From Felis catus (Eukaryota), in NCBI RefSeq assembly GCF_018350175.1, contig NC_058373.1:101558001-101622000 (forward strand): DNA of 64,000 bases. Direction: 5' to 3'. Both the position numbers and the translations under genes were made by a program. The notes beneath the pieces are model-generated. The model searched no databases and was not told where the DNA came from. It saw nothing but the letters and a program-made list of their open reading frames with translations. Shown here one piece after another: positions 1 to 11,780 of the stretch; positions within the stretch are counted from its first letter, which is position 1; each line of letters opens with the position of its first letter.

Positions 1-1135
1 TACCAAGTGAAAAAAAAGGAAGGAGGCATTAAATGGATAGGGTGGAGAGAGAATGGAAAAGATGGCTTTGCTCACCTGGAAGAATTTTATGCTTTTACTG
101 AACTAAGTGGTATGCAGGGTTCTCTTTAGTCTTAAAATAGGATTCTTGACACAAAATTATGTCTAGCAGTTGGAGTCACATATATAAAAGGTAGTTCCCC
201 AGACTGTCAGGTCTTACCTTGGTAATTATTTGTATCTGTAGCTTTGAGTTATTTATACATATATTCTTCTGAAACCAGTGGAAAAGTCTCTGGCCTCAAT
301 TCCAGAGTCATGTTGGCTGAACGCCATAGCTTACTTTTCTAAGAGAGTCTTTACCAACCAAAGATCTACCTCTTACTTCCCCAGGAGCACCTACCTTCAT
401 ATTCAGAATACATTAACACATGGTCCTCTCCACTCAGTCCTCAGTCTGGAAGCCCTCTCCATCAGAAGATAAACAGGGGGTGCTGTTTATCTTCAGACAA
501 ACAATGCCAAGTGTTGTTTTCAGGAAACTTTGGAAAGTTCAGTCCTTCTGTGCTCTGATGGGTTTCCAGAAAATTACCAGCCAACAGCCTCAGGCCCCCC
601 ATACTTATAATGGAAAAACATTATTCATGCACCTATAACATATTTGCTTCAGACATCCAAGGAAAGCAGATATACTACAAACTTTTGTAGTAATGAGTGG
701 GAAGTACAGTCTAAAATATTCAAGACATAAAAAGCATGAATCACCACAGTGTCTGTAGCTTATTGTCCTAGGTGGATAATGATACTTGATAGAGTTTCTT
801 CCCATTCTGATGGGCAGTGCTAGAACAGGCAGTTCTTTACACAAACATCGGTGTAATTTAGGATGGGACGCTTTGGGCAGAAAGCCTGATTTAACTAGCT
901 TAAACAATAAGGAATTAATAATCTCAAATGACAAGAAGTCAGAGGTAGGGTCATTCTAGGGCTGGTTAATTCAGCAGCTCAATAATCTTTTCCACTCCAC
1001 CATCCCCAATGCAGGTTTTCCCTTCCAGGTTACCCGCCCCCCTTCATGGTGCCAAGATGCTACTGCAGCTTCAGATAACACAAGTTGAAGGCATTGTCTG
1101 GAAGGCCAAATGGGTCAGTCTCCTCTCACTTATGG

Positions 1136-2334
1136 CTTTTTCTAATGTCAGGTTTGTGGATATATAAGTTATATACTTACATACATAAGTAAAATTCAAC
1201 AGTTTTAAGTATGCAACCTAAGTTTGACCATTGTGTACAGTCATATAACAACCAACGTGTAGAACATTTCCATCATGCCAGAAAGTTCCATCGTGTCTGT
1301 TTGCAATCTCCTCCCTCAATCCAACACCTCACAACCACTAATCTTATTTCTGTCCTTATAATTCGCCTTTGCAATAATACAAAAATACAGATTCAAAGGG
1401 GTACATGCACCCCAATGTTTATAGCAGCACTATCAACAATAGTCGAACTATGGAAAGAGTCCAAATGTCCACTGACTGATGAATGGATAAAGAAGGTGTG
1501 GTGTGTATGTATGTATGCATGTATGTATATGTGTATATATATATGTGTGTGTCTGTGTGTGTTTACATATATAATGAAATATTATTCAGCCATCAAAAAG
1601 AATGAAACCTTGCCATTTGCAACAATGTGGATGGAGTTAGAGTGTATCATGCTAAGCAAAATAAGTCAGTTAGGAAAAGAAAAATATGTAATTTCACTTA
1701 CATGTAGAATTTAAGAAACAAAACAGATGAACATATGGGAGAAGAGGGGAAAAAGGGGAAAAGAGAGTGAAACAAACCATAACAGGCTCTTAAAGAGAGA
1801 GAACAAACTGAGGATTGATGGAGGGAGGCAAGTGAAGGATGGGCTAATTAGGATGGGTGTTAGGAGGACACTTGTTATGATGAACACTGGGTGTTGTATG
1901 TAAGTTATGAATCACTGAATTCTATTCCTGAAACCAATATTGCATTGGATGCTAACTAATTAGAATTTAAATAAAAATCTGAAAAGGAAAAAGATAATAA
2001 TAATAATTTTCCTTTGCAAGGATGTCATATAAATGGAATCATACATTAGGGCAACCATTTGTGTCTGGCTTTTTTCACTAAGCACAATGCATATGGGCCC
2101 CATCCATATTGTTGCATATATCAGTGATTTGTTCTGTTTTACTGCTGAATGGTATTCCATTGTACAGATATACCACAATTTGTTTATCCATTCACCAGTT
2201 GATGGACATTTGGGCTGTTTCCAGTTTTAACTATTATGAGTAAAGCTGGTGTAAACATTCACAGACAGGTCTTTACATCTCTCAAGTAAATCCTTAGGAG
2301 TGGGATTGCTGAGTTGAAACGTTAACACACGCTG
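1136..2334 (-). mobile_element. Old L1M 3' fragment (ORF2 C-terminus and 3' UTR), interrupted at 1375-2002
   Basis: ORF 1960..2178(-) MWYICTMEYHSAVKQNK...WM...VLSEKSQTQ is the L1 ORF2 C-terminal motif; typical 'atataaatggaatcataca' and 'gatggacatttgggctgtttccag' segments. Confidence 0.85.
1375..2002 (+). mobile_element. Carnivore-type L1 5'-truncated 3' end (ORF2 C-terminus, 3' UTR, A-rich tail)
   Basis: Translation TCTPMFIAALSTI..WKESKCPLTDEWIKK...YYSAIKKNE.LPFATMWMELE.IMLS; candidate TSD ataattcgcctttgcaa (1358-1374) / ataattttcctttgcaa (2003-2019), 15/17 identical. Confidence 0.92.
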
Positions 2335-2626
2335 CTTTTTAAGAACAATAAAACCTTTCCCAGAAGTTTCCCATAAGTATGTCTTATTGGTTAGACATGA
2401 CACTGAGTCACATGCCCCTGCCTAAACCAATCTCTGGCAGAAAGAACAGAAAGAAACTCATCAAAATCCACTTCCACGGCTATAGGGAAAGGAAAATCTC
2501 CCCTAACCACATAATTTCCCAGGGAAACAAAATCCAGGCTCTTCCAGTGGAAGAAAAGAAAAAAATAAGTTTAGGCAGACAACCAAGGGTGACCCACACA
2601 GGAACCACCCTACCTCTGGACTTCTT

Positions 2627-2838
2627 TTTCTTTTTTAAAGTTTATTTATTTTTGAAGAAGAGAGGGACACAGCATGAGTGGGGGAGGAGCAGAGACAGAG
2701 GGAGACACAGAATCCAAAGCAGGCTCCAGGCTCTGAGCTGCCAGCACAGAGCCTGATGCAGGACTGGAACTCACAAACCATGAGATCATGACCTGAGCTA
2801 AAGTCAGACACTCAACCAACTGAGCCACCCAGGCGCCC
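2627..2838 (-). mobile_element. CAN-SINE (SINEC) inserted in an MLT1-like LTR 3' remnant (~2600-2920)
   Basis: tRNA-like head, (CT)n region and A tail on minus strand; TSD ctggacttctt at 2616-2626 and 2839-2849. Confidence 0.95.
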
Positions 2839-3669
2839 CTGGACTTCTTATATTAGATAATTAGTTCCTTATTTTGTAAGCCACTTGAATCAGATTTTCT
2901 GCTGAAAGTATCCTAAATGGCTCTCATGTGACTGTCTGTAGCAGTTATACAATCAGAGGGGACTTTCATGACTTGTACCTCATAACCCTAGGGTCCTGGA
3001 CCACAGCCGATTGGACTACATGCTGGTGAGTGGACCATACGGCTCATTGGGGCGTTCCACTCTAGATTTGGCTGAACTGATCACAAGGTCTCTGGGAGAG
3101 TGTAAGCTCGGGACAGAGGGAAAGAGGCAGTAAGTAGAAGAATGGCAGCAGGATCAGGAGACCAGCACAGAGAAAGCTAGCAGAAGGCATGAGGGAAGGA
3201 GGGTAGAGGGAAGCCATGTCAGATTGAGGAAGTGGTCCAGAGTAGCAAGAGCAGGAGAAGCAGAGATCAGCAGGCTCGGATGTAGGACCCAGTCATCACA
3301 TTGGGGAGCACTGGCCAGCACTTCGGGAGAGGGTAAGAGGCCCACTGCCATAGCTGCTGTGTACCTGGAAGAGCCTTCCGGTTTTGAAGACACTCGGAGA
3401 TGACTGCCAGTCTCTTTGATTTCCCCGGGTGTCCATATACAGAAGCTGCCACCTGAGATTACCTGAGGTAACAGAACTGGTTCTGTCCTTTGTCCCTAGA
3501 GCTTGCTCACTTCATAATCTTCTAATCACAATGCGCCTGAATGTGTTCCTGAAGACCAAAGTTTACAGTGAAAACTTGGCCACAAATACGGTAACAACTA
3601 TGTCTCTCCTGAGCACCGTCAGCTCCTGAGAGAGGCAGAGATCAGCACATGTGACAGTACAAACCAGCA

Positions 3670-3850
3670 GTCCCTGAGGGCTAACTCTGAGCTGGGCACC
3701 ATATTAAGCTCGTCACACAGGCTAACTCACCGAATCCTAAAAACTCTACGACCTAGGTGGTATACTTTTCTCCATTTTACAAATGAGAAAACTGAGGCCT
3801 AAACGCTAGTAATTTGCCCAGCTTTCACAGCCAGAGAATGGCAGAGTCAT
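3670..3850 (-). mobile_element. MIR
   Basis: Core 'ccattttacaaatgagaaaactgaggc' followed by 'aatttgccca...cacagc'. Confidence 0.8.
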
Positions 3851-4154
3851 TTCCTGATGTGAACAGTTCCCACTGTCAGCCTATGGCCCTCTGATGGGGA
3901 CACAGCATGGAGAAGTACCAGGAAAGGCAGAAGAGAATCTCAATCCCACTGGAAATGCTGAGGAGGACAACTAGCTTACGAGGAACCCCAAAAGCAGGCT
4001 CATCAGGAACCCAAACTATACTACATGCACACACATTTCAAACCCTCTAGCCCAAGAAAAATGCCTCCCACTTCAGAACTCAGGCCCAGGGAGTGAATTG
4101 GACCTTGGGCCAAGAAGAAGCAAGTGATTTAGACTCAAGGACTTGTTCTCCAAG

Positions 4155-4320
4155 GATTCATGACTCAAAGTGTGGACCGTGGCCCAGCAGCAAGGGCATC
4201 AGCTAGACACTCGCTCAATGCACATCTCAGACCCCACTGGAGACATGGCGAATTTGCATGTGTATCTGACAAGACCAAAAGGTGATACATATGTACTTAA
4301 GATTCGGAAATGCTCTGTTC
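4155..4320. mobile_element. MER5-type hAT-Charlie MITE remnant
   Basis: 'ctcaaagtgtgg...ccagcagca...gcatca' and 'ggtgat...tatgtac' resemble MER5A/B. Confidence 0.55.
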
Positions 4321-5130
4321 TAAAGACACTTGGTGTCTTAGGAACAAGGGATAGAGGTTGGGAAGAGAAAGGAAGCCAGACCCTCTCTTATTCTGCCCTA
4401 GTCCAAACCTAAAACTGGCCAGTATATTTTTCAGACCTTGTATTTAATGATGTCAGGATGTATCCACCTCTGCACTGTGGGGTTGGTATTTAGAATGCCA
4501 TTTAACAACAAAAACAGGAATTGGTTTTTTTCCTTATGAATTGTTTTCCTGAATCTCTTATATGTGCCTCATCTATTCTCTCTGGCTATGTGTGTTTTTG
4601 TGTGTGGAAAGAGCAGAGCTTAAATGTCAGAGGGAAGGGATCAGATTCCCTATCCTCTTGCCAACCAAGAGCACATTTACTAGTCTCTTCCCTCCATTAA
4701 ACGTTAAATGATGTTTATGAAGCACCCACATGGGCCTGGAGCTTTTCTCGGTGCTTGGGGTTGCCAGGTGGCCAACATAATGGCATTACCCTTTATTTGA
4801 ACTTTCTACTCTGGTGTTCTTGGAGGCTCTGTAGGAACATGAACAGGCTCATATTTAAAGTAAGAACCAAGATGGGAGACATATACAATACATGAGAAGT
4901 AGTCTCTGATTCTCAATCAGATAAATCAGGGAACAATGACAGGTCAGTTTCATCTTATCTCAGTTCCCCCATCAGCCCTGTCCAAGAGCTGTCCTCAACT
5001 TCTCTGGCCATCATCCACCCTGGCTGAACCCTGCCAGCTCCTTACTGTTCAGAGGAAAACTGGACAATCCAGGAAGTGCTGAAAAGGGTGTCAAAACAGA
5101 CCAACTACTCCTATTAAAATTGCAAAGATG

Positions 5131-5338
5131 GGGGCACCTGAGTGGCTCAGTCAGTTAAGCATTTGACTCTTGATTTCAGCTCAGGTCATGATCTCACTGT
5201 TCATGAGATCGAGCCCTGCGTTGGGCTCTGTGCTGACAGCATGGAGCCTGCTTCAGATTCTCTCTCTCTCCCTTTCTCTCTGCCCCTTCCCTGCTCATGC
5301 TCTCTCTCAAAATAAATAAATAAACATTTAAAAAAAAA
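5131..5338 (+). mobile_element. CAN-SINE
   Basis: ggggcacctgagtggctcagtcagttaagc head, CT-rich region, aataaa/poly-A tail; degenerate TSD ending caaagatgg on both sides. Confidence 0.95.
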
Positions 5339-6394
5339 ATCTCAAAGATGGAGTGACCAGACTCACCAACTCCATATTGGCGTTCATGATTTTACAATGA
5401 GAAAATACACTTCAAAGCAGAGCTGGCCTGGAAGATACAGATCATACAGTCACTACAACTGCAAACTTGATAAGTACAAAATGGGCATTTTATCCTAACA
5501 CATGAGGAAAGGAGATAGGCTTCCTTAAAGATGAACTGCATCCTTTCTTTTGTGTCTGAACCTGAGATCTTTCAACATCTTGTTCTGGTTATCAATTGCT
5601 CTGTAAACTCAGCGTGGGTAATTATCTTCCTATGTCACCAGGAACTTAGATATATAATATATAAAGGTAGACTATTACATCCTCCTACTCTACAAATGCC
5701 ATTAGTAAACTAAGCATCCACTCCAGAAAAAGCACACAGAGAGTCTTTCTCAGAAACTCATCTGCACAGAAGGCAGGAAGGAGGAGGAGGGGGAAAGCCG
5801 AAAGCTTGCGGACCACCAGCCTCTTACCCTCCTCTCTCTTGGAATCTGTGGCTTGAGTTCAGGGAAATGCTTTCAGGCCAGTAATGAAGAATCCAACGCC
5901 ACCTCAACGAGATTTGCAGGTGTGAGTGGGAGGCTGCAGGGCAAACCCAGATGAATGGGAACATGGGGAGAGGAGGATTTCTGGTACACAAGCAGAAGCA
6001 AAAGCTGTGCTTGAATAAGCAGAAATAGGACTGATGCCTCTCCCTGAGGAGAGTGGATGGGTCACCCCAAGAGGCAATGTACAGCTCTGAGCTGCACAAC
6101 CCTAGTGCCGCTGTCAGGGAAGGATGCAACAGAATGGGAGACTGCCTCATCAGACAAAAAGAGAATTGTCTGGTGACTTGCAAAGTCTGCCAAGCCCATA
6201 GGCACTAACTCCACAGCTGCCCAGGAAAGGAAGCAGTCTTGATACATCAACCGCCATGAAAGCAAATGAATGGGTAAGCCAAAGGTACAAATGCTTGCCA
6301 CATAGTAAGCACTCAGTAGTTACTTCCTGAATGAATGAAGGGATGAATGAGCCCATTTAAGTTTCAGAGCCAATCATTTGGTGCAAGAACTGTA

Positions 6395-7200
6395 TCCATT
6401 CATTCATTCATTCATTCAGCACATACATTTTCAGCGTCCATTTTATGTCTTGAACTAGGCATCAGTGAATCAAACAGAAAAGGTCTGCCCTCCAGAGCTT
6501 CTAGTGGGGAGACACAGACAAATAAATATAAAAGCAAACAGATAGTAAGATAATTGGTAGCCAAAGGCAAGGGGTACAGAGAAACTAAAATGCAGTACTA
6601 GACGACAGCAGAGATCAGCAAACTTTTTAAAGGGCCAGAGGGAAAGTATTTGAGGTTTTGTGAGCCGAAGATTGTCCACTGCAACAACTCGACTCTGCCA
6701 CTGTAGCATGAAGGCAGCTGTGGACAACATGTAAATGAACGAGCCTGGCTGTGTTCAAATAAAGCTTTATCTATTTACAGACACTTAAATTCAAATTTCA
6801 TACAATTTTTTTATCACAAAATAGTCATCTTCTCTTGCTTTTTTCAACCACTTAAAAAAAAATGTAAAAGCCATACTTAGCTCTCAGGCCATATGAAACC
6901 AGGTTGGTGGCCACTTCTGGCCCCCAGGGCATAGTTTGCAAACCCCTGGAAGAAAGTGACAGGGGAGAGAGAAGTGAGGCTCTGTGTGGAAAGGGATGTT
7001 CGAGCTAAGTCTAAAATGAGAATAAAGAACCAGCCAGGCAAAGAGAGGAGGGAAGAACATTCCAGGCACAGGGAGGAGTGGTGCAAAGGCCTTCGAGAAG
7101 GAATGAACTTGATGTGCTCAAGAAACACAAAGTTCATCCTAGTGGCTAATGTACAGTGAGTGAGAAAGTTGCAGGAAATGAGTGCTTCTTGAGGCACATG
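6395..7200 (-). mobile_element. L2 3' fragment, interrupted by MER58
   Basis: (CATT)n terminus; 'gaacattccaggcacaggg...gtgcaaaggcc' L2 segment. Confidence 0.75.
6609..6948. mobile_element. MER58B-like hAT-Charlie MITE
   Basis: Imperfect TIRs cagagatcagcaaact / agtttgcaaacccctg; internal 'actctgccactgtagcatgaaggcagc'; degenerate 8-bp TSD gacgacag / gaagaaag. Confidence 0.85.
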
Positions 7201-7213
7201 GTCTTTTGACAAT

Positions 7214-7257
7214 GATAGATAGATAGACAGATAGATAGATAGATAGATAGATAGATA
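7214..7257. repeat. (GATA)n tetranucleotide microsatellite
   Basis: Directly visible, with one GACA interruption. Confidence 0.97.
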
Positions 7258-9289
7258 TCTCCACAGTGCTATACACCATAGACAATTGTCGATGGTTGTG
7301 AAGGGAAATGGGTCTAGAAGCTTCTGTGTTCTCACTAGGTCCCAGTCTCGAGATGTAAGGATGAATACAACCCTGGTCTCTGTTCTTAGCATGCAGGTGT
7401 GAAGCTTCCTGTGTGAGAGGCATACATTGTGCACTTTGACTGATGGGCATGTGTTTGGACAAAATGGATTCTGACTTTCCTGGCCCTGGTTTCTCTTCTA
7501 CATATTCCTTTATTGCTCAAGATTAGTCCTTCTTAGATTTTAAACTACAGCATCCTTCTGGAAAAACTGTGGGAGAAGCAGCCCACAAAATTAGATTGTT
7601 TTGTTTTAACGCATAATAGCCACTTCAGGGTTTACAACTTGAGGAGTGTTATAGATGGTTTGATTCCTGGATTCTAACCAACATCATCAGCCTGGTGCCT
7701 TTCACATGACTGTTTTGACATAATCTCATTAGATCCACATTATCAGAAGTCTTCTGGAATTCTGTATTCAAAGGGAAAATGGACAACTCCATCCATCAAC
7801 CACACACCAAGACAACTATGGCTACCACCAAAATCAAAGTGAAGCAGGTTCTTGGAAGGCCCCTGCTACACCTACTTCATCCCCTATACCTAGGGATAGA
7901 GCAAGAGGGGATGATGGAGGGAATCAGCCAGGCTCAGGTGGAAAGAATTTGTCTTTGCAGTATATTGTTCTGATTCTTTGGCTTCTGGTCCCTACAGCTT
8001 CTGGATCTGAGTCAATTCCCGATCTTGTGGAAACTACCCAAGTCCATACTTTACCCCTTCATATGTGGATTTTTACTTCATCAAATAACATTTCTTGCAC
8101 AGCATTAAGGCACAGAATAGCATCTCAACCCTTCAAGATCCCCAATTGGGGGGCAAAGCAACTCAGCAGTTTTCAAGTCCTGGCAGCATCAAAAGAGCAT
8201 CTGCAATCAATTACCACCTTTCCCCCCGCCTCTGTTTCTCACCATCCTTTGCTTAAAAATGGCTAACTTATTTTTTTCTCTCATATCCTTGTAAAAACAC
8301 ATGCACACACCAACACACACATGTGCTTCCAGGCTGAAATCACAAGTGCCAAAGCTCTGCCTGGAGAGAACGTTTATGACTGGCTTATACATCCCCGAAA
8401 ATAGGGGTTTATAATGGAAATACTGACAGATCATTAACTATAATAGCATAAACCAAGGCGCAGAATTTTCACGTTGTCTCCATTTTGTTTGTGTCAGCAG
8501 GATTTGCAGACCAGAATCTGGTTGTAGTTCATGAACTATGCCCTCATACATGAGGCCAATTTGAAGACAAGAGGACAGCCCACAGAAAATGCTCGGGACA
8601 CTCAGAGTCCAAGATACTCTGGGATGTTTGGATTTAGTAAAGATCAGAGGAGTCTCGGCACGGAGAAGACACCATCTAGTCTAGAAGCTTAAATCCCTAT
8701 CAGCTATTCATCTCAAATGACAGATTTCTCCTTGCCCCATGTGCAACTTTTACTAATGTAAAGTAGCAACTTAGAGCAACAAGCTAGCAGTTGATAGATC
8801 AGAAGTATTCCCTACCAGGGCTCAGTCTTGGTTCTGGGGCTCTCCTCCAAGGACAGCAATCCACGGAATTCATCTCCCAGGCTTGGAACATTGCCTGACA
8901 TACAGTAAATGCTCGATGCGTAGTTGGTGCTACACGCAAAGAGGGGCAGGTCAGCAAGCTAATGAAGGAATTAACAGATCTCTATTGGCCTCAGGTGTCT
9001 CATTTGTGGTGCAACAAGATCAGTTGTTCTCCACTCTAGTTGCATATTGAAAGAACCTTGAACCTCTTTATAAAAATACTAACACCCAGAGCCTACTACC
9101 CAACAGATGAAAAACCCCTCAGGTGCTTCTAATGTAGACTAGATGATTCTAAAATTCCTTTCTGTGTTTAGAATTCCATAGATTTGAGCTAATCTGAGTC
9201 CGAAAATTCAAGGCCTAGAATTTGTTTATCCCCAGCTCAGACAGATTAGAAGAAGGAGAGTGAAACAACATTGAGGAATCATATTTAGG

Positions 9290-9500
9290 AATTAATGACC
9301 ATGTATTGGCTTCCTTGGTGCCAAGCCTTATGCATTGCATATCATTATCTCTAATCCCTCGAACAGGTGACATTATCCCATCATCCCTGTTTTTCAGATG
9401 AGAAACCTGGGGCTTAGAGAAATGAGTTATTCAAGGGATAAGGAGTTATCCAGAGAAAGGGAGACCTCCTGAGCTGTCACAGGGTGTGGTCGCTCAACTC
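9290..9500 (-). mobile_element. MIR
   Basis: 'ttttcagatgagaaacctggggcttagaga' core-like segment. Confidence 0.65.
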
Positions 9501-11544
9501 CTTTTCAGAATTCATTGGTGTTCAGCATCAGACAAAGATGTGGCGCTCAGGCAGAGTGGAGGAAGAGAGAAGTGAGAACTTCAGAATGTACTACATGAAA
9601 CTGAGGTTTAGGGAGGAGGAATTTCCTCCCAATCCTGCTCCTCTCCAACTTGAAAAAGGACAATCCTGCCTCTCCCCCCAGGCCTGGGCCAGCTGTCAGA
9701 GATGAGCCCTGATAAAGGCCCCGGGCCTCCTCCTTGAATTCCTTTGTTCCAGAACCTATCCCATTAGAAAAAGGTCACACATCTTTGGCCCCTTTTAATT
9801 TCAGGGGTGGAGAGGTAAAAGCCCAGTCGGGGAAACATGTGCAATTATGAGCAATTACTTAAACGGCTTTCAGACAAGCCTTGGCCCTCCACCAGCAGGC
9901 AGAAGGGCCGGCGTCTGGGTTTTGTAGGCCAGGAGAGAGGGTAAGAAGGTGGGGGTGTGGGGGAGGGGGGAGAGGAGACAGCAAAGGCTTTTGTCACTAG
10001 ACTACAAAAAAAAAAAAAAAAGGAAAGAAAGAAAAACCCATCGGTATTTCCTGCCACTGGACTAGCTGACACTAACCAGCCCCAAGCAGGGGAACTATTC
10101 ACTTAAAAGTCATCGTTTCCTTTACTTATCTGGCTCTAAAGAAACAAATCTATTAGCAGCAAGAAATCACTCCAACGGCTTTAACTAAGTGCTTCTCCTG
10201 CTGAAAATGCCAAAGTCCTGCCTTCAGCTCCCACTAGCCAACCCCCGGCCTCTGCTCCTCCCCAGCAGCAGCTCGGAGCTGGGGAGCTGGCCCGTGTCAG
10301 GGTGTCTCTGGCCACTACAGATAACAAGGGCCATTACATTCCAAGTCCTTCCCCAACCTCCTCCCCTCCCTTCCGCCAAAATCCCAAACCCAATTTCTCC
10401 CTGGCAGATCAAAGGCTGCCCGAGCTACAGGAGAGCTCACTCGATCAATAAACTCTTGACACAGGAATAAACAGAATGATCCAATATTTTCCTTCAGGAT
10501 TTATTTGGTCCATGGAAGAGCAGTGCATTGCTATGCCTTTCCTTTTGAGAGCCATGACGATTTGGTGTGGAGTTCAAAATAGTTTGCTCTCTGAATTAAA
10601 AGACAAAAATGTCCAAACAGCTCCAAGAACACTTTTCTAGCATTTGTTGGTCTTAAACACACAAACCGTAAGAGGAAGCTTAGCGGTACAGTTGGATGGC
10701 TTGGACCTTCCAAAAGCAACTTTCCCATTCCAACTAAGTTTACAAGAGTTACTGAAGAGCTACATACGCGGCTAGATCTAATTTTAACAATTCATTTTGC
10801 AATTTAGGACATATAATAAAAATTTATACACTTCTCTCACGGTTCATCCTACAGAATTCACAAGTACTTCACAGAAAACGATCTGAAATTGTGCATCCAA
10901 AAGTACAACAAACAAACAAAAAAATTAAATCCAGGACACCGTGCATTTGGGACATACAATTGTTTGTAAACCCATGACAATAGTCATTTAAAAAATCAGT
11001 TCCACGGATTCCTGTATCACTTTATGACTGTTGCTTTGATCCCTAAATCCTTAATCTATGAAATTGGAGGAGAGCATATAGAGACCTAAATTGCTAAAAT
11101 AGTCCACGGGACTCATTCTGGGATATAGCCCCTTAGAATGCCCCATTAATTAAGATGTTATGTTTACTCGCACATGCCTTCATGTATATCACATATATAT
11201 TATAATTTTAGAAATACATTCCTGATTATTCCTCCTTTATATCACATGTAAATGTATATTTAAATCACTCTGAACTTTTCATTAGTATGGGAAGTGTGTA
11301 ACAAAGATCACTGAAGCATATTAAACCACTTTGATTCAGGATCCAAAGCAAAGTGGATCAGTGACATAGGCCAGAAAATGAGGAAAAGGTGGGAAAAAAT
11401 GGTGTCTCCTGACACAATGACAGTTACAGCTTAAGCCCAGAAAATAGGCCATAGGGTGTGTCGTCTTTACATTTATAGCCTCCAGGAAGAATACAGACCC
11501 CTTGCCAAGCTCTTTTGTATATTTCCTCCTAAAGCATGACTTAA

Positions 11545-11780
11545 TATTGATAGCCACCATTTATCAAGAGCTCGCATTTACCAGGCATGGAGCTAAGCGC
11601 TTGACAAGCTTTATATTATTTCCTTTAGTTCTCACAAGAGTCCTATGAAATAGGTACCATTTAACAGATGAGGTAAGTGGTCCTAAAGAGGCTCATTACC
11701 TTCCCCAGGGTCACATGGAAGTAACTGGAAATGTTGGGATTTGAATGGAGGCATCTAAGTTCAAAGCCAGCACGGGCACT
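11545..11780 (-). mobile_element. MIR
   Basis: 'cctatgaaataggtaccatttaacagatgagg...ggtcaca...gggatttgaa'. Confidence 0.75.

Larger units (their letters stand above)
852..2600 (-). mobile_element. MLT1-type (ERVL-MaLR) solo LTR, split into ~852-1135 and ~2335-2600 by L1 insertions
   Basis: Segments 'ttaactagcttaaacaataagg...catggtgccaagatg' and 'aaacctttcccagaag...tcacatgcccctgcctaaaccaatctctggc' resemble recalled MLT1K/L consensus and read continuously across the inserted L1. Confidence 0.65.

Noticed and set aside
1211..1714. 167-aa ORF as a host CDS
   Set aside because: It is a chimera of antisense old L1, carnivore L1 ORF2 tail and a microsatellite.
2925..3540. Possible old LTR remnant
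   Set aside because: It has an LTR-like texture, but I could not match a family or define ends.
6877..7434. 185-aa minus-strand ORF
   Set aside because: It runs through the (GATA)n repeat, L2 and MER58, with no protein-like features.
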